Source: a virus (Duplodnaviria > Heunggongvirae > Uroviricota > Caudoviricetes). Taken from it: 64,000 nt of DNA. The stretch is from IMG/VR virus record IMGVR_UViG_3300046522_000750; one strand, written 5' to 3'. Under the pieces are notes generated by a model that had not been told where the DNA came from, ran no database searches, and saw only the letters and a list, made by a program, of their open reading frames with translations. The position numbers were made by a program, and so were the translations under genes. Shown piece by piece: positions 55,427-64,000 of the stretch. Each line of letters begins with the position of its first letter. Within the stretch, counting starts at the first letter, position 1.

Positions 55427-55512
55427 TGTTCCTCGCGTTGGATTTTGGTGCCGCTGATTGGTTTTCATCAGCTAACGGTTAAGAGTATACGGAGCGCATA
55501 CCCTACTGTCAA
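55427..55512 (-). repeat. Duplicated ssb promoter/leader, copy 2, with operator A (55484-55502)
   Basis: GTTCCTCGCGTTGGATTT..GTGCCGCTGATTGGTTTTCATCAGCTAACGGTTAAGAGTATACG. Confidence 0.85.
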
Positions 55513-55586
55513 TACATATTAAATGATTTTTCGAAAAAAAGGGAATCTGAGCCAGACCCCCTTCCTTATTAGGTATCAAACGGTGA

Positions 55587-56294
55587 TCAAGCCGGCTCAG
55601 GGGTGTCTGCTTTCGGTTCTTTCTCACGGATGGTGAAGCCCATCTCGCGCAGCACCTCAGCTCCCTTGGTGATGAAGAAGTTCTCGTAGCGACCGGTTTC
55701 CTTGCGGGACTTATTGATCGCGTCTTTAACCGTCTTGCACTCTTCGCTGTCCTGGCCTTCTACAAAGACGCCGGCCTGCTTTTCCTTTTCCCGCAAAGCA
55801 GCCAGCTTGAAGACGTGACGTTCAGCCTGCAGGGCTTCATCGTCATTGAACAGCTTGACGGTGATCATGGTGAAGGCATTAGGGGTTTTGTTGTCGTCCT
55901 TCCCCTTGGTGTTCGTCACGTTCATCGTAGCGATCTGACCGTACACCAGTTTGCTGGTGTCGTTTTTCTGCGTCTTATAGACGTACTCGCGAGCCGCCTG
56001 AGCTTCGGACTCAACAACCTTACCCTTGGCATCCAGGAATTTGCCGTCTTTTTGCTTGGCGCGGGTCAGGAACTGGCCATCCTCGCCTACTTCACGCAGT
56101 GGCGCCTGGACGGTCATGAAGGCGTTTTCGCCTTTGCCAATCACGTTGAGGAATCCACGACGACTTGGTTGACGTTCGCCGGCTACAAAATCAGTCACCA
56201 CGGCGAAAAACTTGCCGTCTTTTCTCTCGATGTCGATGTAGGTGCCAGACTTGGTGTTTTTGTCGATTTTTGAAACTTCTATTTTTTCAGCCAT
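55587..56294 (-). CDS. Lys-rich hypothetical protein
   Basis: 235 aa; GAGGG RBS. Confidence 0.85.
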   Translation of the reverse strand: MAEKIEVSKIDKNTKSGTYIDIERKDGKFFAVVTDFVAGERQPSRRGFLNVIGKGENAFMTVQAPLREVGEDGQFLTRAKQKDGKFLDAKGKVVESEAQAAREYVYKTQKNDTSKLVYGQIATMNVTNTKGKDDNKTPNAFTMITVKLFNDDEALQAERHVFKLAALREKEKQAGVFVEGQDSEECKTVKDAINKSRKETGRYENFFITKGAEVLREMGFTIREKEPKADTPEPA

Positions 56295-56722
56295 GATGCC
56301 AAAACCCTCGTTTAAATATTGTCAATACATTATATATCAGCGGAGCACGAGGGGTGTCATTCGTTTTTCTACAAATTCGGGTGATCTTTGCGCAGTTAAT
56401 CCTAAGCTCATGAAGACGCTGGAATTTTGTCACCCATCGCAGGGTATGAAAAAAAGCGTCGAAGTGGTACTACTGCAATTGCCGATTTCTTGACGCTTTT
56501 TTACTGGCGGAATGCTGAAAATGCGACACAGTTCTACAAATTGCTTTTTTGCACAGGAAAATATACCGTTCGTCGGCAGTGTTGAACTTTTCCGAGATGC
56601 TGTCACATGGCCGCTATTTTTTTCTTGACCAATCGTCAAGTAATCCATAGATTTGCCGACAAGCTACACAGCACCTGGATTCGGATGCCCCAAAATTGCG
56701 GCTGAACTATAGTCAAAGGAAC

Positions 56723-57454
56723 ATGATGTCCCACAACCTTATTGAGCTAATGTCGAATCTGTCTGGCCGCGCCGGAGAGATAAAAACAATATTGCATCAG
56801 GCCAGTTTGGAAAAAACCGCACAAGCCAGCGGGCATGCCGCCTATTTTTCGGGGCAGATGGACGCTATTGGCCAAGCATTCGGCCCGATCTGCGAGAAAA
56901 TCGTTGAGCAAGAGGATGGTTACATCCTTCACCTGACAAAACAGCAAGCCGAGTTTTTGCCAGACCACTTGATCAGCACAATTGGGCTGATTGCCGATGG
57001 CCTGGCCACGCGAGTCAATGAGCACAGCAGTAACCTGCGCGTGAACACTCGGATTGATGATTTGATCAGCAGCTACTCTTCCGATGACTTTCCGGTCACC
57101 ATCCGTGAAATGCTGTCTAAAGGGAAGACTGAAGAGCTCAAAGAGGTCATTTCCGAAACGCTGAAAAAAGCCGCCCTGCGTGACTTGGATAGGCTTATGG
57201 ATCAGGTGGCTTCCATTGCAGTTGAGCGTGCCACGCTTGATTTCCTGGCAGCCCCGGTACTGTCACAGTTCCACGACATCGTTGAAATCGGCATCGGCAA
57301 CCATCAAAAGCGCTCGACCACCGCAGCCGGCGAACCGAATGGCATGGGCAAAGACTTTGCCGGAGCTAAGGTCTACCACCACAATTTCCGCAATCCGCGT
57401 CACGCTGTCAGCGCGAGAGTCGATGTGGTGCCCGTAGAAATCCTGGCCAAGTAG
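56723..57454 (+). CDS. Hypothetical protein
   Basis: AAGGA RBS. Confidence 0.8.
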   Translation: MMSHNLIELMSNLSGRAGEIKTILHQASLEKTAQASGHAAYFSGQMDAIGQAFGPICEKIVEQEDGYILHLTKQQAEFLPDHLISTIGLIADGLATRVNEHSSNLRVNTRIDDLISSYSSDDFPVTIREMLSKGKTEELKEVISETLKKAALRDLDRLMDQVASIAVERATLDFLAAPVLSQFHDIVEIGIGNHQKRSTTAAGEPNGMGKDFAGAKVYHHNFRNPRHAVSARVDVVPVEILAK

Positions 57455-57472
57455 TTTCTCCAGTCCTACAAG

Positions 57473-57495
57473 AAAACCGCGAAAGCGGTTTTTTT
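57473..57495. terminator. Intrinsic terminator
   Basis: AAAACCGC-GAAA-GCGGTTTTTTT. Confidence 0.8.
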
Positions 57496-57504
57496 GTGCC
57501 CGAA

Positions 57505-57880
57505 AACTGAGAGAACTGGATTTTGTTCGGTTGGCAGGGTGCCGATGAGCTCAAATCAACACTCGTGGATGGTTCATTGGTATGAGTGAGGGTTCCGCTA
57601 TGCCCTGCCCCTGCTCATTTTGAGGAAAAGACCGATGCCAGGTGCTTGTGTGGCTCTCGATACAATGCACGCTCTTTGGCGAGCCCTCACCACATCCAGA
57701 GTCTTATGGGCATGACATGGATCACATTCCCGTGATCACTTCAGTGTTATTTGGCGCCCATAGCAGCCACTGACGTCCATCATGGACTTCAAAGTCCACA
57801 TTGAACCGCCAAAATCTCGATACCTCTAACCAATTTAACGAAAACCTGAAGGTTCTGAAGCTGACTTATCAGTTCTCGTT
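57505..57880 (+). ncRNA. Candidate structured non-coding element
   Basis: ORF-poor; nested long-range helices. Confidence 0.4.
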
Positions 57881-58019
57881 GCTGTGTATCAAAAGCCATG
57901 CACTTTGGCATATATCACCTGCCAATCTACGACCAAAGTCTAGTAGTCGTGTATTTTGGCTTCGTGGCGTCAATATATAAAAAAAACAGCCTTACGGCTG
58001 TTCGTTTGAAACCCCAGCT

Positions 58020-58268
58020 TCAGGCGCATTCATCCAGCTCGATCTGGCTGTGTAATTCCGCCAAGGCCAAGGCCGAATTCACCTCAGCCAGCATCTGGAC
58101 ACCGCCGTCGACCCAGAACTCATGTTCCACCTGATCTTTTGCGTTGCGATAGTCTGGGTAGCGCTCCAAGAGGTCATTGGCTTTGGCTGCATCCATGCAC
58201 GCCAGATCGGCAAAGGTCAGGATCAACGCGGCCTGCACAATGTGTTTGAGACCTGCAAGGTTACCCAT
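58020..58268 (-). CDS. Hypothetical protein
   Basis: GAGGA RBS. Confidence 0.7.
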   Translation of the reverse strand: MGNLAGLKHIVQAALILTFADLACMDAAKANDLLERYPDYRNAKDQVEHEFWVDGGVQMLAEVNSALALAELHSQIELDECA

Positions 58269-58299
58269 GATGAAATCCTCTACGTCCTGTCGTCACTGA

Positions 58300-58656
58300 T
58301 CAGTGGTGCGTGCACTGCATGGCTTCACGCTGTGCATGGCGAGCGCGGCAAATAGCGCGCTGGATCTCGTTGCTCACTTCAAAGCTGAGCGTCCAGGAGT
58401 GTTCCAGATCCACGCACGCATCCAGATCACTGCTGTCGTAGAAAGGAATTGCCTGACCCCGCTGATAAACTTTGAGTCGACCACTGGTTTTATCCATCTC
58501 CACGGAGGCTGTTTGCCCCTGATAGAAGAAGCAAGTCTCTTTGTCTTCAAAAGCCGGCAGGTTGCCGTTTGTCGAACCGATCATCAACACGTGCAGCAGG
58601 CAGCTTTCCACCTGGCGCATCTCGATGATCTGAGTCTTGCTGTGGTGAGTTTTCAT
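58300..58656 (-). CDS. Hypothetical protein
   Basis: TAATG overlap. Confidence 0.7.
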   Translation of the reverse strand: MKTHHSKTQIIEMRQVESCLLHVLMIGSTNGNLPAFEDKETCFFYQGQTASVEMDKTSGRLKVYQRGQAIPFYDSSDLDACVDLEHSWTLSFEVSNEIQRAICRARHAQREAMQCTHH

Positions 58657-58901
58657 TATCCAAACACCATGGCAATGAAGGCCTCACGAAGGTCAGCGCT
58701 CACGACATGCTCGCCACCTTCACGGCGCACGCCGAATTGGCTGCCTTCGATCTCTACGTAAAACTCGTCGGGTTCTTCGGCACCCAGTTCCATGCCTTCA
58801 ACGATGAGCAACAGCCCAGCAGAGTTGAATACTGCAGTGCAGGCTTTATCGAACCCCGCTTGGATCGGTACATCACACTTAATCGTTGTGCTCATGGTCA
58901 A
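58656..58901 (-). CDS. Hypothetical protein
   Basis: Operonic. Confidence 0.7.
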   Translation of the reverse strand: MTMSTTIKCDVPIQAGFDKACTAVFNSAGLLLIVEGMELGAEEPDEFYVEIEGSQFGVRREGGEHVVSADLREAFIAMVFG

Positions 58902-58907
58902 TACTGC

Positions 58908-59399
58908 CTAAAAATTACATTGAGTTGTACTGGTTCTTGATACCTGAACAGCACCGTCTTGGCGGGTTTCAAGGTTCACGCAGTCACCAGGCACCAGGTC
59001 ATTATAGCTATGTTCGATTTGGAGGGTTTCACCTCGAGCAGTCTCGACCACCAATTCGGTCTTGGGATTGCCGGTCGTGAAGGCCTTGTTCAAGGCCGCC
59101 CCGATCAGTGCTCCGCCTGCACCACGTATCACTTTTGACTCAGTGGAATGACCGATGCCGGTGAGAACCCCTACTCCGCCGCCAATCGCAGCACCAGGGG
59201 CCCATGAGCCTTCGGTTGTTCCTCTGTGAATATCCACGACCCGCGCTGTTTGAATACGTGTGGGTGTTGTAAACCCGCTGTTGCCGACACATCCGGATAG
59301 CAGCAGTGACACCATCGCGCAGGAAGCGTATAAACGTCTCAAGTTGAACCCTCTGAAACCTTTGATCTCTAGTGTCACATTAAAGGTATTAATAGACAA
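58908..59399 (-). CDS. Glycine-zipper outer-membrane lipoprotein (SlyB-like); true start probably downstream
   Basis: Lipobox LLSGC; GAAIGGGVGVLTGIG...GAGGALIG. Confidence 0.75.
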   Translation of the reverse strand: MSINTFNVTLEIKGFRGFNLRRLYASCAMVSLLLSGCVGNSGFTTPTRIQTARVVDIHRGTTEGSWAPGAAIGGGVGVLTGIGHSTESKVIRGAGGALIGAALNKAFTTGNPKTELVVETARGETLQIEHSYNDLVPGDCVNLETRQDGAVQVSRTSTTQCNF

Positions 59400-59423
59400 A
59401 TTGTCAAGAGAAATAGTTGGTTT

Positions 59424-59981
59424 ATGAGAAAAATACTGCTAGGTCTGACGCTTTCCTTTTTATGCGGTTCCGTTATTGCCGGCCCCTCTTCTAATGATGA
59501 AGATTTCCAAAAAGCCTTGAAGCGTTACGCACAATCATCGGCGCGTGAACTGATGGCCAGTCTTATTGAACAGCATCAAAAAGGAACCTCCTGGAAGCTG
59601 ATCCTCAGCCAGAACCTGCCCAAGCTGATTGATGACCGCTGCGGCTACAAAGACAAAATCAATCTGCCCGATGATGGCTTCGAGCAGATGCGCAACTCAG
59701 TCATTAAAGTGGCCGGAGAGCGCTTTGATAAAGCGTTTTCCAATCAGCTGGCTCGTCCTGGTGCTCAGCTTGCCCTGGTGGAGGTCAAGCCCATCAAATA
59801 CGGCGACCTGGATCAGGCCATTGTCACCACTCGCGTCAATCCAGCCCGGCCAGGTGACATTCTGATCAGCCTGCTCTACCAGCTCGATGACGGTGGGCAC
59901 ATGTCCTTATGTGATGTTGGTACGGGCAACTCACCAGAATCCGGAATACTGGCGGTCATCGGAAAAGAGTTGGAACGTTAA
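59424..59981 (+). CDS. Exported protein, weakly MlaC/Ttg2D-like
   Basis: N-terminal signal peptide; A-V-TRV---PGDI-I--LY-L----L-DV pattern. Confidence 0.6.
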   Translation: MRKILLGLTLSFLCGSVIAGPSSNDEDFQKALKRYAQSSARELMASLIEQHQKGTSWKLILSQNLPKLIDDRCGYKDKINLPDDGFEQMRNSVIKVAGERFDKAFSNQLARPGAQLALVEVKPIKYGDLDQAIVTTRVNPARPGDILISLLYQLDDGGHMSLCDVGTGNSPESGILAVIGKELER

Positions 59982-60110
59982 TACATTAATTGACAATTGT
60001 TTAATTGCAGCTATTATAAAAATAAAGGTTAGTTTATAACCGATTGCGAACAACTTATGGGTCGATTAGCTTTAGTGCTGTCGTCCCTTTTTTTATACCT
60101 GGAGATACCC

Positions 60111-60893
60111 ATGGGCAACGTGATCATCATGGCGGTTCGGCACCAAGACCTCGACGCAGTCGCTGCTCTTGATTTCAATGCGATAGGTGGATCAGCGTGT
60201 CACCGCTCTGACGCCCTGCCTAAGTCGTTTGATGGCCAGCCACTGTGGATTCGTCCTAAGGACGTCCCCTATGAAATCTGTACGCCCAATGTTGTCTTCA
60301 CCCAGTATCATCACACTTCCGGCACATGCAGCTTCTACATCGATGACCAGATGCTGGTCAGTGCGAGCACTTTAGGATGGACAGCCAGGCTCAAGGACGC
60401 CGGGCCAGCCTTTGACTTCAACAGCAAGGTCACCGAGCTTCGTCGTTATCTGCGCGGGTACAAGACCAAGCTCCTCAAGAGCAAAGACTCTCGCGAGCTC
60501 CGTAAGCCCGGCAGCCACGTCAGCTTGTTCCGAATCTTCACCGACACCATGGATCGTGTTGAAAAGAACCCGTACGTGATGCAGGACGTTGCACAGTACT
60601 GCCGCAGTGGTGAAGCCAACCCGCGTACATTCGGTTCATTGAATGCCGGCATTGAGGCCATCGGCACCCTTGATGGTGAGCATGCTCATCTGTTTGTTTC
60701 AGCCGGATATGAAGGCAAGGCCTTCACGCTACCGCGCCACGAACTGGTGTTTTCTGATGAGGAGCGTGTGAGGATCCTTGCGCAACCGCTTGGTTATAAC
60801 AACGCGCAGTCCTTTGAGATGGCACTGCTGCGAGAGCTCGCAGCTGGCTTTGGCTATCAACTCGTCCCATCAGGGAGTGCCGTGAAAAAATAG
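60111..60893 (+). CDS. Hypothetical protein
   Basis: GGAG RBS. Confidence 0.8.
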   Translation: MGNVIIMAVRHQDLDAVAALDFNAIGGSACHRSDALPKSFDGQPLWIRPKDVPYEICTPNVVFTQYHHTSGTCSFYIDDQMLVSASTLGWTARLKDAGPAFDFNSKVTELRRYLRGYKTKLLKSKDSRELRKPGSHVSLFRIFTDTMDRVEKNPYVMQDVAQYCRSGEANPRTFGSLNAGIEAIGTLDGEHAHLFVSAGYEGKAFTLPRHELVFSDEERVRILAQPLGYNNAQSFEMALLRELAAGFGYQLVPSGSAVKK

Positions 60894-60900
60894 TCACCTT

Positions 60901-60932
60901 AAAAAAAGGGAGGCTTTCGGGCCTCCCTTTTT
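60901..60932 (+). terminator. Intrinsic terminator
   Basis: AAAAAGGGAGGC-TTTCGG-GCCTCCCTTTTT. Confidence 0.8.
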
Positions 60933-60988
60933 AATTCTGTTTTTCTGAATTTGTGGTTAACCGCATATTGGCTTATCAATTCAAAACG

Positions 60989-61007
60989 AGTATACTGCCA
61001 GAATACC
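60989..61007. promoter_or_regulatory. Operator A over -10
   Basis: AGTATactgccagaATACC. Confidence 0.8.
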
Positions 61008-61023
61008 CAAAAAGGACTGGCTT

Positions 61024-61275
61024 ATGTCGACTCCCACCAGCAAGAATACCCAGGTCACCACGAAAGAATATGCTGATCTCATGGGAGTGACGCCGGCCAC
61101 TGCTCGACGTCGCCTGGAGAAGATGGTGATCGAAGGCAAGGCCACCGCTGCCTACAACTGTCAGCGAGCCATCCCACGCAAACGCTACTCTGGCCGGATA
61201 CCGCCGTACACCTACGTCACGGTCTATACCCTGCTGGATGAAAGCCCAAAAACCAATGCCGAGGTGATTGAGTGA
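61024..61275 (+). CDS. Small winged-HTH DNA-binding protein
   Basis: VTTKEYADLMGVTPATARRRLEKMVIEG. Confidence 0.75.
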   Translation: MSTPTSKNTQVTTKEYADLMGVTPATARRRLEKMVIEGKATAAYNCQRAIPRKRYSGRIPPYTYVTVYTLLDESPKTNAEVIE

Positions 61276-61772
61276 GCACTGCCGATTGCAAAGAACTCCT
61301 GGTCGAGGAGTACCCTGCGACCAAAGCGAAAGAATGGAAGCGCACCTCGAAGTACCTGAACGGCTGGAACGAAGAGATCCGTGTGTTCACCCACCCCGTC
61401 GTTGGTGCGGTCTTCGTTGATGAAGATGAAGGCAATATCATGACCGACCCGACCAGCCTGGCTACCCGTCAGAAGTCATCCTTGAATGCATCGGACTTCT
61501 ACTTCTCCATCGACAGCAGCCATGACTGCGGTGACCAGATCCAGGTCTACCTGGTGTTGAAGGATTACTACGACAAGTACGGGTACGTCGATTCCATCCA
61601 CCTGGGCAATTCAGTTAAGAACCTCTTTCCGAAGGGTCTGGAGTTTGATGAAGAGATGGAAGCCTGCTTCGCGATTTACTCAATCACTGACCCAGAAGTG
61701 ATCAAGCAGATGTTCCTCGACAGCGGCTTCATCCACTGCCCCTTCATGGAAGAAGGAGAAGAAGAACAATGA
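61272..61772 (+). CDS. Acidic hypothetical protein, tandem paralog 1 of 3
   Basis: MST-DCK--LV--YP-T--KEWKR--K--N----EIR-F-HP-VG-V. Confidence 0.85.
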   Translation: MSTADCKELLVEEYPATKAKEWKRTSKYLNGWNEEIRVFTHPVVGAVFVDEDEGNIMTDPTSLATRQKSSLNASDFYFSIDSSHDCGDQIQVYLVLKDYYDKYGYVDSIHLGNSVKNLFPKGLEFDEEMEACFAIYSITDPEVIKQMFLDSGFIHCPFMEEGEEEQ

Positions 61773-62281
61773 GTACCGAAGACTGCAAAGCCCTCTTGGT
61801 CAAGCAATACCCGCACACCCTGATCAAGGAGTGGAAGCGCGAAAGTAAGTTCAAGAACGTCGTCGGCACCGAAATTCGGGTGTTTAAACACCCTACGGTT
61901 GGCCAGGTGTTCGTGAACGAGAGCCGGGCTGAGATCGGCACGGATCCTCAAGACATGAGCTATCGCAAGCCATCGAGCTTTACGGCGCAGGAGTTCTACT
62001 TCTCGATCACCATGAGCGATGGTGAGGAGTTCGAGTTCCCGGCCACCGCCTTGGTCTCCATCGTTCACAAGCCATTCTTTGATACTGAGGGCTTATTGGA
62101 TGAGGTGAGTCTCGAGACACTCCTTGAGCCATTGCTCCCAAAGGATATCGAATGCTATGAGGAGATGGACGCAGTGTTCGCCATCCACGACGAGCTCTCG
62201 TTCGAGGAGCTCCAGGCGAAATTCATTGAAGCCGGCTTCTGCCCTTCCGAAGCCCTGGACAATCTGATTCGAGGTCAGTGA
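61769..62281 (+). CDS. Acidic hypothetical protein, tandem paralog 2 of 3
   Basis: Same motif; ATGA overlap. Confidence 0.85.
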   Translation: MSTEDCKALLVKQYPHTLIKEWKRESKFKNVVGTEIRVFKHPTVGQVFVNESRAEIGTDPQDMSYRKPSSFTAQEFYFSITMSDGEEFEFPATALVSIVHKPFFDTEGLLDEVSLETLLEPLLPKDIECYEEMDAVFAIHDELSFEELQAKFIEAGFCPSEALDNLIRGQ

Positions 62282-62781
62282 TGAGTACTGAAGACTGCAA
62301 AGCGATCCTGGTCAAACATTACCCGCAGACCGCTGAAAAAGAGTGGAAACGCGAGGCCAAGTTTAAAAACCTGATGGAAGACGAGATCCGCCGTTTCCGG
62401 CACCCTGCGGTGGGCACGGTACTCATCAACGAAGACCGCGAAGAGATATCGGTCAACGATAAGGACATGTTCTACCGCCCGCACAACAGCTTCGCACCTC
62501 AGGATTTCTATTTCACCATCACCCCGTACGATGACTACCACCGTCTCTACCTGGCTGAGAAGCGGATGTACGACGTCGATGGTGAGATGGAGGACGTACA
62601 CGTGGAATGGATCGTTAAGTCCTTCCTCCCAAAGAAGGGCATGAAGTTCGATGAGTGCATGGAATCTGTGTTCGACATCGAGACGAAGCTGTCGGTTGAT
62701 GAGATCCGCGATGCCTTCCTTCAGATCGGCTTCCACCCCTCGGAGAAGCTCGATGCCGAGGTTCTTCGAAACTACAGTTGA
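62278..62781 (+). CDS. Acidic hypothetical protein, tandem paralog 3 of 3
   Basis: Same motif. Confidence 0.85.
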   Translation: MMSTEDCKAILVKHYPQTAEKEWKREAKFKNLMEDEIRRFRHPAVGTVLINEDREEISVNDKDMFYRPHNSFAPQDFYFTITPYDDYHRLYLAEKRMYDVDGEMEDVHVEWIVKSFLPKKGMKFDECMESVFDIETKLSVDEIRDAFLQIGFHPSEKLDAEVLRNYS

Positions 62782-62813
62782 ACTGGCCCTTTAATCCCAC
62801 CTGGATGAACAAC

Positions 62814-62836
62814 AAAAAGGGCCCACTAGGGCCCTT
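62814..62836. terminator. Bidirectional terminator
   Basis: AAAAAGGGCCC-ACTA-GGGCCCTTT. Confidence 0.75.
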
Positions 62837-62863
62837 TCGCTTCTCCAGACAGCTTTTCCTGGA

Positions 62864-64000
62864 TTAATCCCAGGTCAGTGCACCACCGGTTTGGTACTCG
62901 ATCACGCGGGTCTCGAAGAAATTCTTCTCTTTCTTCAAGTCCATGATCTCGCTCATCCACGGGAATGGGTTGCCAGCGTCGGCATACTCTTCCTTCAGGC
63001 CGATCTGAGCCAGGCGACGGTTTGCGATGAACTTGAGGTAATCCTCCATCATCTGGGCATTCATGCCGAGCACACCGCGTGGCATGGTGTCCCGAGCGTA
63101 CTCGATCTCAAGTTGGGTGCCTTCCAGGATCATCGTCCTGGCCTCGAGCTGAGCCTCAGCCGTCCACAGGTGCGGGTTTTCGATTTTGATCTGGTTGATC
63201 ACGTCGATACCGAAGTTCAGGTGCATCGACTCGTCGCGCAGGATGTACTGGAATTGCTCAGCCACGCCTTTCATCTTGTTGCGACGACCCATCGACAGGA
63301 TCTGGGTAAAGCCGCAGTAGAAGAAAATACCTTCGGTGACACAGTAGTAAGCAATCAGGTTCTTCAGGAGAAGGGCATCTTTCTCCGGAGTCCCGGTGGT
63401 GAAGGTCGGATCGGTGATCTCACGCATGTACTTGATGCTCCACTCGGCCTTCCTCGAGATCGAAGGAATTTCGTGGTACATGTTGAAGACCTCACCTTCG
63501 TCCAGGGCCAGCGACTCAACGCAGTACTGATAGGCGTGGGTGTGGATCGCTTCTTCGAAGGCCTGGCGCAGGATGTACTGGCGGCACTCTGGGTTGGTGA
63601 TCAGGCGGTAAACAGCCAGTACCAGGTTGTTGGCCACCAGCGAGTCTGCGGTAGAGAAGTATCCCAGGTTGCGCATCACGATCCGACGCTCATCATCGGT
63701 CAGCCCTTCAGGGTCTTTCCAGAGCGCGATATCGTGGTTCATGTTCACTTCTTGCGGCATCCAGTGGTTGGCACAGCCGTCGAGGTACTTTTGCCAGGCC
63801 CAGTCGTACTTGAAGGGTACGAGCTGATTGACGTCGGCCTGAGCGTTGATGATCTGCTTTTGACTGACGTGAACGCGGCCTGCAGAGGCATCGCCCAGTT
63901 CATTAGCGCTATCCACTTCCAGTCCTGCGATACCCGCCACCACGCCATCGGCCTCAGCACCAAGACCTGACTGTGGTGCTTCTTCATCCCAACTCAACAT
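62864..64000 (-). CDS. nrdB: Class I ribonucleotide reductase beta subunit
   Basis: [27 protein letters not shown] (radical Tyr), [26 protein letters not shown]; Pseudomonas-type MLSWDE start. Confidence 0.96.
   Translation of the reverse strand: MLSWDEEAPQSGLGAEADGVVAGIAGLEVDSANELGDASAGRVHVSQKQIINAQADVNQLVPFKYDWAWQKYLDGCANHWMPQEVNMNHDIALWKDPEGLTDDERRIVMRNLGYFSTADSLVANNLVLAVYRLITNPECRQYILRQAFEEAIHTHAYQYCVESLALDEGEVFNMYHEIPSISRKAEWSIKYMREITDPTFTTGTPEKDALLLKNLIAYYCVTEGIFFYCGFTQILSMGRRNKMKGVAEQFQYILRDESMHLNFGIDVINQIKIENPHLWTAEAQLEARTMILEGTQLEIEYARDTMPRGVLGMNAQMMEDYLKFIANRRLAQIGLKEEYADAGNPFPWMSEIMDLKKEKNFFETRVIEYQTGGALTWD

Noticed and set aside
62891-63970. Long antisense ORFs (also 1526-2278, 6320-7111, 38008-39000, 43165-44028)
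   Set aside because: Shadow frames of well-supported opposite-strand genes, with no RBS or motifs.

Overview
This 64 kb window is gene-dense accessory DNA, most consistent with a Pseudomonas megaplasmid; a jumbo phage cannot be excluded. The host signal comes from an MvaT homolog, an AmrZ-like Arc protein and a Pseudomonas-type NrdB. It holds about 130 mostly small hypothetical ORFs in short operons, many of them paralogous. Recognisable genes are an AAA ATPase plus an HExxH (DUF2201-like) partner, a Panacea antitoxin, a J-domain protein, an HNH nuclease, an orphan N6-adenine methyltransferase, a PapB-like regulator, two SSBs and nrdB. A minus-strand RNA operon encodes tRNA-Arg(TCT), tRNA-Gly(TCC) and tRNA-Arg(CCT), interleaved with two aberrant tRNA-like RNAs. 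The main hidden structure is regulatory. A palindrome RGTAT-N9-ATACY occurs at 29 promoter-like sites (25 exact matches), a second 19-bp palindrome fills the -35/-10 spacer of 4 promoters, and a helically phased TTTGCA-N6-TGCAAA box is shared by both classes. An unannotated 49-aa ORF combines an NrdB-like SWD motif with an NrdA-like redox tail. No CRISPR array, transposase, integrase or rRNA was seen. Family calls are by-eye motif recognition, not database searches. Many starts were moved from the ORF track to RBS-supported codons.
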